From: Microthrixaceae bacterium
GTDB taxonomy: Bacteria > Actinomycetota > Acidimicrobiia > Acidimicrobiales > Microtrichaceae
Assembly: GCA_041394325.1 (NCBI GenBank)
Contig: JAWKIJ010000001.1
Span: forward strand, 1,381,096-1,445,095
Length of the DNA stretch: 64,000 nt
Direction of reading: 5' to 3'
In this document: piece by piece, positions 34,736-43,026 of the stretch
Numbering within the stretch: position 1 is the stretch's first letter
Layout of the letters: each line of letters opens with the position of its first letter
The notes under the pieces: generated by a model
Databases searched by the model: none
What the model was told of the DNA's origin: nothing
Seen by the model: only the letters and a program-made list of their open reading frames with translations
Made by a program: the position numbers and the translations under genes

Positions 34736-36367
34736 GTGTCCGTCACCGGTTCGACGATGAGGTTGCGCTATCGCCTCGACCACGACGTCGTGGTGCTCGA
34801 CGACGGCGCGACCCTCCTGGGCGGCTTCCCGTGGCGGATCCTGCGGCTCGGTGCCGCGGGCACACGGATCGTCGAACAAGCCGCCTCGCGGGAGGGGCTG
34901 TCGCCCGGTCACGACGCCGGCGGGACCTCCGGAGACGGACGGCGAGACATGTCCGGGGCGCCGCGGTTCGTGCATCGACTGGTCGATGCGTCGGTCCTTC
35001 ATCCCGTACCCGAACCGGCCACCGGCAATGACGTCCGCGCCGTGGGAGGCTCCGAGGACTCCCGGCCCGAAGCGGCCGACGTGGTGGTGGTCGTGCCGGT
35101 GAAGGACCGGCCCGACGCGCTCGACCGCTGCCTCTCGGCCCTGGTGGCCTCGGGACTCGATCGCCTCGTAGTGGTCGACGACGGATCGATCGATTCCGAC
35201 TCGCATCGCCGGGTCGCCCAGCGTTACGGCGCCGACCTCGTCGCTCATGACCGTTCCCGCGGCCCGGCCGCCGCCCGAAACACGGGTGCCCGTCACGGCG
35301 TGCGCGTCGCGCACCTCCGCCCCGACGAGCCTCCACCACGGTTGTCGCCACCCACGGCGATCGCGTTCGTGGACTCCGACGTCGAGGTCCCGTCCGGGTG
35401 GATCGAACCGTTGTCGGCCCACCTCGGGGACCCCGGTGTGGGGTTCGTCGCGCCGAGGCTCGTGCATCTCCGGACCAGCACCGGCGCACCGCCCCCGAGC
35501 GCGACCCGCGTCGCTTCTCGACGGCCCAGGGGTGACTCCCGGCTCGACCGCTACGAGGCGGCCGCGTCCCCGCTCGACCTCGGCCGACGCCGCAGCCCGA
35601 TCGGTCGCGGTCATCGTGTCACCTACGTTCCCGCGGCGGCCCTGCTGGTGCGGACCGAGGCGTTCGAGGAGGTCGGTGGCTTCGACGAGTCGATGTCCAC
35701 CGGGGAGGACGTCGACCTGGTCTGGCGGTTGCGCGACGCGCGGTGGCGGGGACGCTACGAGCCCGACTCATGGGCAGGCCACCGCGGCGACCGCGCGTGG
35801 CCCGCCCTTCTGGGTCGCCGCTACGCGTACGGTCGGGCCGCGGCCGTTCTGGATCGCGCGCACCCCGGGTCGGTCGCACCGGTGGTGCTCGGCCCGCGTG
35901 GAGCGCTGATCGCCGGTGCCACGCTGTGGGCCGGGCCGCCGGCCGCGCTGGCCGGCTGGGCTCTCGATGCGGCCGCGTTGTGGCGACGGCTGAACACGCC
36001 ATCGACCGGACCGGTGAGGCGGACGGTGACGCCGGGTCGCGTGGCGGGCATCGTCGCGCGCGGCCACCTCCAGGCGCTGGGCCAGGTCGCCAGGGCGATG
36101 GTGCGCCCGTACCTTCCGGTCACGCTTGCCGCGTGCCTCATCTCGCGTCGCGTCAGGCGGATCGTCCTCGTGTCGACCTTGGTCGAACGGCTCGCGCGCC
36201 GGCCGACCGGAGCGGAGAGGGTCGAGCCGCTCACCTGGCTGTGCGCCTCACTCGCCGACGACATCGCCTACAGCGCAGGTGTTTGGGCGGGTTGTATAGC
36301 GGAATGCAGCCCCGGTGCGCTGTTGCCCGCGACTCCCCGAGGAACCGCCGGGTCAGGACAAAACTAG
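34736..36367 (+). CDS. mftF: mycofactocin system glycosyltransferase MftF
   Basis: ORF 34736-36367. RYRLDHDVVVLDDGATLLGGFPWRILRL, GT2 core VVVVPVKDRPDALDRCL...VVDDGS...AAARNTG, and a C-terminal membrane region. Confidence 0.85.
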   Translation: MSVTGSTMRLRYRLDHDVVVLDDGATLLGGFPWRILRLGAAGTRIVEQAASREGLSPGHDAGGTSGDGRRDMSGAPRFVHRLVDASVLHPVPEPATGNDVRAVGGSEDSRPEAADVVVVVPVKDRPDALDRCLSALVASGLDRLVVVDDGSIDSDSHRRVAQRYGADLVAHDRSRGPAAARNTGARHGVRVAHLRPDEPPPRLSPPTAIAFVDSDVEVPSGWIEPLSAHLGDPGVGFVAPRLVHLRTSTGAPPPSATRVASRRPRGDSRLDRYEAAASPLDLGRRRSPIGRGHRVTYVPAAALLVRTEAFEEVGGFDESMSTGEDVDLVWRLRDARWRGRYEPDSWAGHRGDRAWPALLGRRYAYGRAAAVLDRAHPGSVAPVVLGPRGALIAGATLWAGPPAALAGWALDAAALWRRLNTPSTGPVRRTVTPGRVAGIVARGHLQALGQVARAMVRPYLPVTLAACLISRRVRRIVLVSTLVERLARRPTGAERVEPLTWLCASLADDIAYSAGVWAGCIAECSPGALLPATPRGTAGSGQN

Positions 36368-36379
36368 AATCTGTTCTAT
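36364..36379. promoter_or_regulatory. KstR-type operator palindrome, site 2 (CTAGAATCTGTTCTAT)
   Basis: Overlaps the mftF TAG stop (36365-36367) and lies 72 nt upstream of the DUF35 gene start. The left arm and AAA flank are shared with the other three sites. Confidence 0.55.
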
Positions 36380-36450
36380 ATTCGCTCTGCCCTCTCCGAA
36401 CCGTCGGACGGAACGGGCACCACCCATCGACGCGACGGCAAGGGGATCAC

Positions 36451-36936
36451 GTGGCCACTGCGCCTCCACCGGGAGGGGATCTGCTGCAGGCGGACCTCAT
36501 CATCGAGTACCCGTTCAACCGCACCACGGGGCCGGTCATCGGCGCCTTCTTCACCGGCCTGATCAACCGCCGGATCCTCGGCATCCGTGGTGTGGACGGC
36601 CGGGTGATCTGCCCACCGGTCGAATACGACCCCGTCACGGGTGAATCGCTCACCGAACTGGTACCCGTGGCCGACGCCGGTGTCGTCGAGTCGTGGACGT
36701 GGGTGTCGACCCCGAGGCCCACCGAACCGTTCGACGGACCCTACGCGTTGGCACTGATCCGCCTCGACGGGGCCGACACCGCGATGTTGCACGGCGTCGT
36801 CGCCCCCGCTCCCGACTCGGTGCGCACCGGTTCACGGGTGAGGGCCCGTTGGGCCGACGAACGCACCGGTGCGATCACCGACATCGTCGCATTCGATCTC
36901 GTCGAGGCGCCGACCTCCGGAGGTGCAACCCGATGA
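36451..36936 (+). CDS. DUF35 OB-fold protein (thiolase/aldolase partner)
   Basis: Tail of ORF 35743-36936 from GTG 36451 (AAGGGGA upstream). Reads GPVIGAFFTGL...GRVICPPVEYDPVTGE...YALALIRLDGADT. Confidence 0.75.
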   Translation: MATAPPPGGDLLQADLIIEYPFNRTTGPVIGAFFTGLINRRILGIRGVDGRVICPPVEYDPVTGESLTELVPVADAGVVESWTWVSTPRPTEPFDGPYALALIRLDGADTAMLHGVVAPAPDSVRTGSRVRARWADERTGAITDIVAFDLVEAPTSGGATR

Positions 36937-37511
36937 GTGACGATCGAACCATCACCCCTCTGCCCACCGGGTTGTGGAGTCAACCCACCGTCGACACCTC
37001 CGCGGTCGCCGACGCCCTCGACGGGACCGAGACGGTCCAGCGGGTCCGGCAGCCCGCGTCGATCCGCTACGACTTCGTTCCCGGCGTGGCGACCACGAGG
37101 TTCCTCAAGGGCCTCGCCAACAAGCAGATCTTCGGTGAGCGGGATCCCCTCACCGGCGACGTGTACGTCCCGCCCCGGGGTGTATGCCCGGTCTCGGCCC
37201 AACCCACCACCGAACAGGTCGAGCTCTCCCACAAGGGGTCGGTCTCCTCGTTCTGCGTGGTGCACATCGGCTTCGGCACCAACGCACCGCCGACTCCGTT
37301 CTGCTCTGCGCTGATCCTGTTGGACGGTGCGGTCATCTCCCTGTACGGACCGATCCAGGAGATCCCCTACGACCAGGTGCGCATCGGCATGCGGGTGGAG
37401 GCCGTGTGGGCCGACGACGCCGACCTGTCGCCCAGCTTCGAGTCGATCAAATGGTGGCGGCCCATCGACGAACCCGACGTCGCGGCCGAGACCCTGAAAG
37501 GACACATGTGA
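36933..37511 (+). CDS. second DUF35 OB-fold protein
   Basis: Tail of ORF 36693-37511 from ATG 36933 (ATGA overlap). Reads GERDPLTGDVYVPPRGVCP...SFCVVHIGF...MRVEAVW. Confidence 0.75.
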   Translation: MSDDRTITPLPTGLWSQPTVDTSAVADALDGTETVQRVRQPASIRYDFVPGVATTRFLKGLANKQIFGERDPLTGDVYVPPRGVCPVSAQPTTEQVELSHKGSVSSFCVVHIGFGTNAPPTPFCSALILLDGAVISLYGPIQEIPYDQVRIGMRVEAVWADDADLSPSFESIKWWRPIDEPDVAAETLKGHM

Positions 37512-38587
37512 TGGCGGGTGGTTCCGCAGGATCGCGCGACGTCGCGATCGTCAGCGTCGCGCAGAGCACCCACGAGCGGGCGAAGGTCGCGACCAACGAG
37601 GTCGAGCTCATCCAGCCGGTCATCCAGCAGGCACTCGAGCAGATCGGAGCCACGATCGCCGACATCGGCTTCGTGTGCTCGGGCAGCACCGACTACCTCG
37701 CCGGGCAGGCCTTCTCCTTCGTGATGACCCTCGACGCGGTGGGCGCGTGGCCTCCGATCGCCGAGTCCCACGTGGAGATGGACGGCGCGTGGGCGCTGTA
37801 CGAGGCGTGGGTGAAGATCCAGGCCGGCCACGCCGACACGGCGCTGGTGTTCAGCTACGGCAAGAGCTCGCCGGGCGATCTCCCCAACGTCTTGAGCCGC
37901 CAGCTCGACCCGTACTACTACCAGCCGCTGTGGCCGTCCTCGGTGGGCCTGGCCGGTATCCAGGCGAGGGCGATGATCGACGGTGGTGCGATCACCGAGC
38001 GCCGGATGGCCGAGATCGCGTACGCCTCGCGTACCGCTGCGGCGAACAATCCGTTCGCACAGCTCCGCTCCTCGGCAGCGGTCGACGACCTGCTGGCCGA
38101 GCCCTATCTCTCCGATCCGTTGCGGCGCCACGACTGCGCTCCCATCAGCGACGGCGGGGTCGCGGTGGTGTTGGCAACCGGCGACGCCGCGGCGCGTTGG
38201 GCCGATCGTCCGGCGTGGATACGGGGGATCGACCATCGCGTCGACGGCCACAACTTCGGAGCCCGTGACCTCACCGTCGCGCCCTCGGCCGCACTCGCCG
38301 GGCAACGCGCCGGGGTGGGTGACGACAAGGTGGACGTGGCCGAGTTGCACGCTCCGTTCACCCACCAGCACCAGATGCTGGTCGACGCGTTCGGTCTCGG
38401 CGACGGTACCGACGTCAACCCCTCGGGCGGGGCGCTCGCCGCCAATCCGATGATGGCCGCCGGGTTGTTGCGGCTCGGCGAGGTGGCCGGTCGCATCATG
38501 TCCGGTGCGGCCGACCGCGGGGTCGCGCATGCGACCAGCGGACACCTGTTGCAGCAGAACCTCGTTGCCGTCCTGGAAGGAGCCTGA
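37511..38587 (+). CDS. thiolase-like (Ltp/SCP-x type) protein
   Basis: Tail of ORF 37184-38587 from ATG 37511 (TGATG overlap). Reads VAIVSVAQS...DCAPISDGGVAVVL...NPSGGALAANPMMAAG. Confidence 0.8.
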   Translation: MAGGSAGSRDVAIVSVAQSTHERAKVATNEVELIQPVIQQALEQIGATIADIGFVCSGSTDYLAGQAFSFVMTLDAVGAWPPIAESHVEMDGAWALYEAWVKIQAGHADTALVFSYGKSSPGDLPNVLSRQLDPYYYQPLWPSSVGLAGIQARAMIDGGAITERRMAEIAYASRTAAANNPFAQLRSSAAVDDLLAEPYLSDPLRRHDCAPISDGGVAVVLATGDAAARWADRPAWIRGIDHRVDGHNFGARDLTVAPSAALAGQRAGVGDDKVDVAELHAPFTHQHQMLVDAFGLGDGTDVNPSGGALAANPMMAAGLLRLGEVAGRIMSGAADRGVAHATSGHLLQQNLVAVLEGA

Positions 38588-38588
38588 A

Positions 38589-39761
38589 ATGGCCGGACAG
38601 CTCGCCGGCGTCGTCGGCATCGGACAGACCCGCCACGCCGCCATCCGCGGCGACGTCTCGGTCGCGGGCCTCATCCGTGAGGCGGTCTTCCGTGCGTTGG
38701 ACGACGCGCACATGACCATGGCCGACATCGACGCCGTCGTGATCGGCAAGGCCCCCGACTTCTTCGAGGGCATGATGATGCCCGAGACCTACCTCGCCGA
38801 TGCCATCGGCGCGGTGGGAAAGCCGTTGCTGCGAGTGCACACCGCCGGGTCGGTGGGCGGATCCACGGCCATCGTGGCGACCAGTCACGTCGAGGCCGGG
38901 GTGGCCGAGCGGGTGCTCACCATCGCCTGGGAACAGCAGTCCTGTTCAGAGGCGATGTGGGCGCTGTCGTTCCCCATCCCGTTCCAACAGCAGCTCGTGG
39001 CAGGTGCGGGCGGCTATTTCGCTCCGTTCATCCGCGAGTACATGCGCCGGAGCGGTGCGCCCGAGGACATCGGGATCCTGGTCGCGTTGAAGGACCGGCT
39101 CAACGCATTGAAGAACCCCTACGCACATCTCCACGAACCCGACATCACCTACGACTCGGTGAAGGAGTCGTTCATGCTGTGGGAGCCCATCCGCTACTCC
39201 GAGACGTGCCCGTCGAGCGACGGTGCGATCGCGATGGTGATCGCCGGCGAGCAGGCGGCGGAGGCGTCGGCCGCGGCCTCGGGCAATCGTCCGGCCTGGA
39301 TCCGTGGAACGTCCATGCGGTCCGAGCCGGCCATGGCCAACGGTCGCGATCAGGTGTCACCACAGGCGGGCAAGGACTGCGCGGCCGACGTGTACCGCCA
39401 GGCGGGGATCACCGATCCCCGGGGACAGATCGACGTCGTCGAGATGTACGTGCCGTTCAGCTGGTACGAGCCGATGTGGTTGGAGAACCTCGGCTTCGCA
39501 CCCGAGGGCGAGGGCTGGAGGCTCACCGAGCAGGGTGTCACCCAGATGGACGGCGACCTGCCCGTGAACTGTTCGGGCGGGGTGTTGTCGACCAACCCGA
39601 TCGGGGCGTCGGGAATGTTGCGTTTCGGCGAGGCCGCCATGCAGGTCCGCGGAACCGCGGGTGACCATCAGATCGACGGTGCCCGCACCGCGCTCGGCCA
39701 GGCCTACGGCGGTGCGGCACAGTTCTTCGCGACCTGGGTCGTCAGCGCCGACAAGCCCTGA
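38589..39761 (+). CDS. thiolase-like (Ltp/SCP-x type) protein
   Basis: Tail of ORF 38505-39761 from ATG 38589. Reads VVGIGQTRH...ETCPSSDGAIAMVI...NCSGGVLSTNPIGASG. Confidence 0.8.
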   Translation: MAGQLAGVVGIGQTRHAAIRGDVSVAGLIREAVFRALDDAHMTMADIDAVVIGKAPDFFEGMMMPETYLADAIGAVGKPLLRVHTAGSVGGSTAIVATSHVEAGVAERVLTIAWEQQSCSEAMWALSFPIPFQQQLVAGAGGYFAPFIREYMRRSGAPEDIGILVALKDRLNALKNPYAHLHEPDITYDSVKESFMLWEPIRYSETCPSSDGAIAMVIAGEQAAEASAAASGNRPAWIRGTSMRSEPAMANGRDQVSPQAGKDCAADVYRQAGITDPRGQIDVVEMYVPFSWYEPMWLENLGFAPEGEGWRLTEQGVTQMDGDLPVNCSGGVLSTNPIGASGMLRFGEAAMQVRGTAGDHQIDGARTALGQAYGGAAQFFATWVVSADKP

Positions 39762-39793
39762 GGACCAGGCGTAACAAGCCCGCGGGTCGCCGA

Positions 39794-40829
39794 TCAGGCG
39801 ATCGGCTTGGAGCCGTACGTCTGGCTCGCGGAAGGAGCCAACTCCTCGACCTCGCTCAGCTCGTCAGGCGGGTACAGGTCGGTGGTCACCTCGACCCCCT
39901 CGGCGTAGAACTGTGAGGCCCAGCGCCGGAACTTGGTGAACGGACCGTCGGTGTCGGCCAGTGCGGGTCGGGGAGGAACGCCTTGTTCTCCCAGATCGGA
40001 CGATCCTCACGGACCTGTCGGTCGATCTCGGCCACGAAGGCGTCGCCGACCGTGGAGTTGATCGAGTCGTCACCCAGTTTGCGGACGCTGAAGCTGAACC
40101 GCATCTCGCAGTGCTGGTCGTCGATGGGTGTGTTGCAGCCCATGAGCACCGTGTCGACGATGCCGCCGAAGTGGATCACCGAGAAGCCGGGGCCGTACGA
40201 GTCGGCGAAGATGTGCCCGTCCACCACACCGCGCGGCGTCGGGAACTTCTGGATCGAGCGCATCCGGGCGATGGGGCCGTCGGTGTCGTAGCCGGTGAGC
40301 TCGGGCACCTCCTCGGTGTTGTGCACGTAGCGGAAATGTGCGGAGTCGACCCCGTTCTCGGCCAGTTCCTGCCACGGCGCCTTCACGTCGTAGCGACGGG
40401 TCACCATCGGGGTGAACTGCTCGTCGCCGTTGAACTCGGGGACCTCGGGGACCTCCCACTGCGGCGGTCCGTCGGTGGGGTGGTACCAGGCCATCATCAG
40501 GCCGTTGCGCTCGATCAGCGGATAGGTGCGCAGGCGCCCCTTGGCGTTGGTGCGCTTGGAGTAGGGAATGAGGGTGTTGGTGCCCTCGCAGTCGAAGCGC
40601 CAGCCGTGGAAGGGCGCGCAGCTCACAACCAACCACTTTGCCGCCCACGCCGAGGTGTGCGCCCATGTGGGGGCAGAACGTCCTGGAGGTGAGCGGTGCC
40701 CTCCTCGTCGCGCCACAGGACCAGGTGGCGTCCGAAGTACTGGAGGGGCTTGGACTCGCCGACCGCGACGTCGCCCGGCCAGCCGATCTGGAACCAGCCG
40801 AACGGTACGGGAAACGGTGACCTTGCCAT
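39794..40829 (-). pseudogene. KshA-like Rieske non-heme-iron oxygenase, at least 3 frame changes
   Basis: Four pieces in different frames. MARSPFPVPFGWFQIGW...EEGTAHLQD (ORF 40623-40829). CPHMGAHLGVGGKVVG (ORF 40070-40666). FHGWRFDCEGTN...GVDSAHFRYVHN...DRPIWENKAFL (ORF 39886-40851). PRPALADTDGPFTKFRRWASQFYAEG... runs to TGA 39796-39794. Confidence 0.75.
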
Positions 40830-40852
40830 TGGATTCCTCCGAGGACGACAAA

Positions 40853-40868
40853 CTAGAACGTGTTCTCG
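40853..40868. promoter_or_regulatory. KstR-type operator palindrome, site 3 (CTAGAACGTGTTCTCG)
   Basis: Lies 24 nt upstream of the Rieske oxygenase ATG (40829), just beyond its GGAGG SD. Confidence 0.6.
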
Positions 40869-40940
40869 TTCAGCCTAGGCGCTGGCCTCCGACCATGTGG
40901 TTGGGTCGGGCGGCGGCGAGCCCGACAGGTGCCGGACCAC

Positions 40941-40968
40941 GACCCGGCGCACCGTGAGGCGCCGGGTC
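40941..40968 (-). terminator. stem-loop at the end of the aldose-epimerase gene
   Basis: gacccggcgc (40941-40950) pairs with gcgccgggtc (40959-40968), giving a 10-bp stem and an 8-nt loop. It overlaps the stop codon. Confidence 0.5.
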
Positions 40969-41769
40969 AGTCCTCCCGCCGCCAGGCGAGCGTCATCGAC
41001 CCGACGAGTGGCTCACCCGGAAGCACCACACGGGGTGAACGGTTCGGTTCGTCGGGGGCACCACTCTCGGGCTCGACGCACAGGGCGTGCTCGGGCTCGG
41101 TGAACACGACCCAATGGTCGAAAGTGGACGACAGGCTCAGCGTCAACACGCCCGGCCAACGGATGGTGGGATCGTGGTCGAGGCCGACGAAGCAGGCGTC
41201 CCACGGCCCGGGCGGCACTGGTTCCGTCTCGCCGGTGGGGATGGCGTCCTCGTCGACGGCGTACACGGAGCCCCCGGAGACGGTGAGCTCGGCCGGTCCA
41301 CCGCGGCCCAACTCACGACGGAACCACGGGTGCCAGCCCGCCATCGCCGGCATCGGACGCTCACCCGCGTGGACCTCGACGGTGACCTTCAGGCGGTTGC
41401 TGCTCAACTCGAAGCGTTGTACGACGTGGCCTCCGAACGGCCACGCCGCGCCCGGTGAACCCGCCCCACCCAACCCGGTCCTGATCGTCGCCGCCGTGGC
41501 ATCGGCATCGACCACGGTCCAGGGTTGAAGGTGAGCGAAACCGTGATTCGCGTGGGGAGGGCTCGTCAGCGGAAAGTCATAGGTCGCGCCGTCGAAGTCG
41601 AGCCGGCCCCCACGCAGCCGACCACACCACGGGACCATCGGGAACGAACCCCAACGGGCCGGTCTCGATCCTTCGGTGACGAGCAACTCGATCCCGTCCG
41701 CGGCGAGGAGGAGAGCCGACCGCCGAACAGATCGACGGTGGCGGTATCGTCGCCCGAGTTCAGTCGCAT
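40967..41769 (-). pseudogene. aldose 1-epimerase family protein, one frame break near 41705
   Basis: ORF 41566-41796 from M10 reads MRLNSGDDTATVDLFGGRLSS. The sequence continues as LAADGIELLVTEGSRPARWGSFPMVPWCGRL... in ORF 40967-41686. Confidence 0.7.
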
Positions 41770-41803
41770 CGCAACGGCCGGGAGGATCGGCGGCACCCCA
41801 TCC

Positions 41804-42670
41804 TCAGAGGCGCAACAGGCGCACCGCGTTGTGCCGGAGGAACTTGGGCCACACGTCGTCGTGGAAGCCGACGTCGGGCAACTCGCCGAAGATCCGGTCC
41901 AGTGACAGGCCCATCGGGAAGTAGCCGGCGTACATCACCTTGTCCGCCCCGCGGGTGTTGGCGTAGCGGACGATCGACTCGGGGTAGTAGCGCGGCGAGA
42001 ACGCGGACGTCGAGTAGTAGAGGTTGGGCCACTTGATCATCAGCTTCACGGCGAGGTCGGTCCACGGTTCGGCCCCGTGGCGCATCACGAACTTCAACTC
42101 CGGGAAGAACCAGCACACCTCGTCGACCGCCTCGACGTGCTGGCAGCGCATGGGAACCCGCGGACCCGGAACCCCCACGCAACAGAACACGGGGATGTCG
42201 AGCTCGCACGCCTTGGCGTAGATCGGGTACATCCGCTTGTCGTCGATGGGCACCTGGGGGGAGTATCCGGCGGGAAACAGGGTTATCGCCTTCAGGTCGA
42301 GCGAGTCGTGGGCCTCGACGATCTTGTGGATCGCCTTCATGCCCTCGTTGGGGTCGACCGACAGCGCCGCCATGAAGCGGTCCGGGTGCCGGAGCGCCGC
42401 GTCGTACTGGATGCCGCCGCCCAGCTTCACCCCGATGAGCGAACGCTCGATCCCGAAGGTGTCCATCTGCTCGATGGTGTAGGCGACCATGTCGTCGGTG
42501 TCGGGGTCCTCCGGTACCTCTTTGAACATGTACTCCGCCGGGAACTTGAACGTCGCGCTCTCGGGGTCGCGGAGGTTGGGCTTCAGGAAGTCGTACCACG
42601 ACTCCTTCTTCCCGGGATCGGGGATCCCCATCATGAGGTCGATGACACCGATGTCGCGAGGCATGCCCAT
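41804..42670 (-). CDS. amidohydrolase-2 (ACMSD-like) family protein
   Basis: ORF 41804-42742; start at ATG 42670 (MGMPRDIGVIDLMMGIP). Reads ...FPAGY...VPMRCQHV...FVMRHGAEPW. Confidence 0.8.
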   Translation of the reverse strand: MGMPRDIGVIDLMMGIPDPGKKESWYDFLKPNLRDPESATFKFPAEYMFKEVPEDPDTDDMVAYTIEQMDTFGIERSLIGVKLGGGIQYDAALRHPDRFMAALSVDPNEGMKAIHKIVEAHDSLDLKAITLFPAGYSPQVPIDDKRMYPIYAKACELDIPVFCCVGVPGPRVPMRCQHVEAVDEVCWFFPELKFVMRHGAEPWTDLAVKLMIKWPNLYYSTSAFSPRYYPESIVRYANTRGADKVMYAGYFPMGLSLDRIFGELPDVGFHDDVWPKFLRHNAVRLLRL

Positions 42671-42681
42671 GGGCGACCAAA

Positions 42682-42697
42682 CTAGAACACGTTCCAC
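42682..42697. promoter_or_regulatory. KstR-type operator palindrome, site 4 (CTAGAACACGTTCCAC)
   Basis: Sits in the 121-bp divergent region between the amidohydrolase (start 42670) and the ferredoxin (start 42792). The core TAGAACACGTTC matches the published KstR consensus half-sites. Confidence 0.6.
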
Positions 42698-42791
42698 CCG
42701 CCGATCGAAGGCTCTACGGTGGGACCCATCCCCCCCCGGCAACAGGCCGCGGGTCCGCGTCCGCCCGCTCGTCGGGCAGAGGGAGGCTCAC

Positions 42792-42986
42792 ATGAAGATC
42801 GTGGTCGACTATGACCTCTGCGAGTCCAACGCCATCTGCATGGGCATCTCACCGGAGGTCTTCGAGGTTCGTGACGACGACCTCCTGTACATCCTCCAGG
42901 AGCACCCCGACGAGTCGCTCCGCGACAAGATGGAGGAGGCGGTCCGCCGCTGCCCCAAGCAGGCCCTCTCCATCGAGGAGGACTGA
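42792..42986 (+). CDS. 3Fe-4S-type ferredoxin (64 aa)
   Basis: Tail of ORF 42489-42986 from ATG 42792 (GGGAGG upstream). Reads MKIVVDYDLCESNAICMGISPEVFEV...CPKQALSIEE. Confidence 0.85.
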   Translation: MKIVVDYDLCESNAICMGISPEVFEVRDDDLLYILQEHPDESLRDKMEEAVRRCPKQALSIEED

Positions 42987-43026
42987 GCCCGGCGGCGCGT
43001 TCCCCGATCGGTAACAGCCGTTCGAC

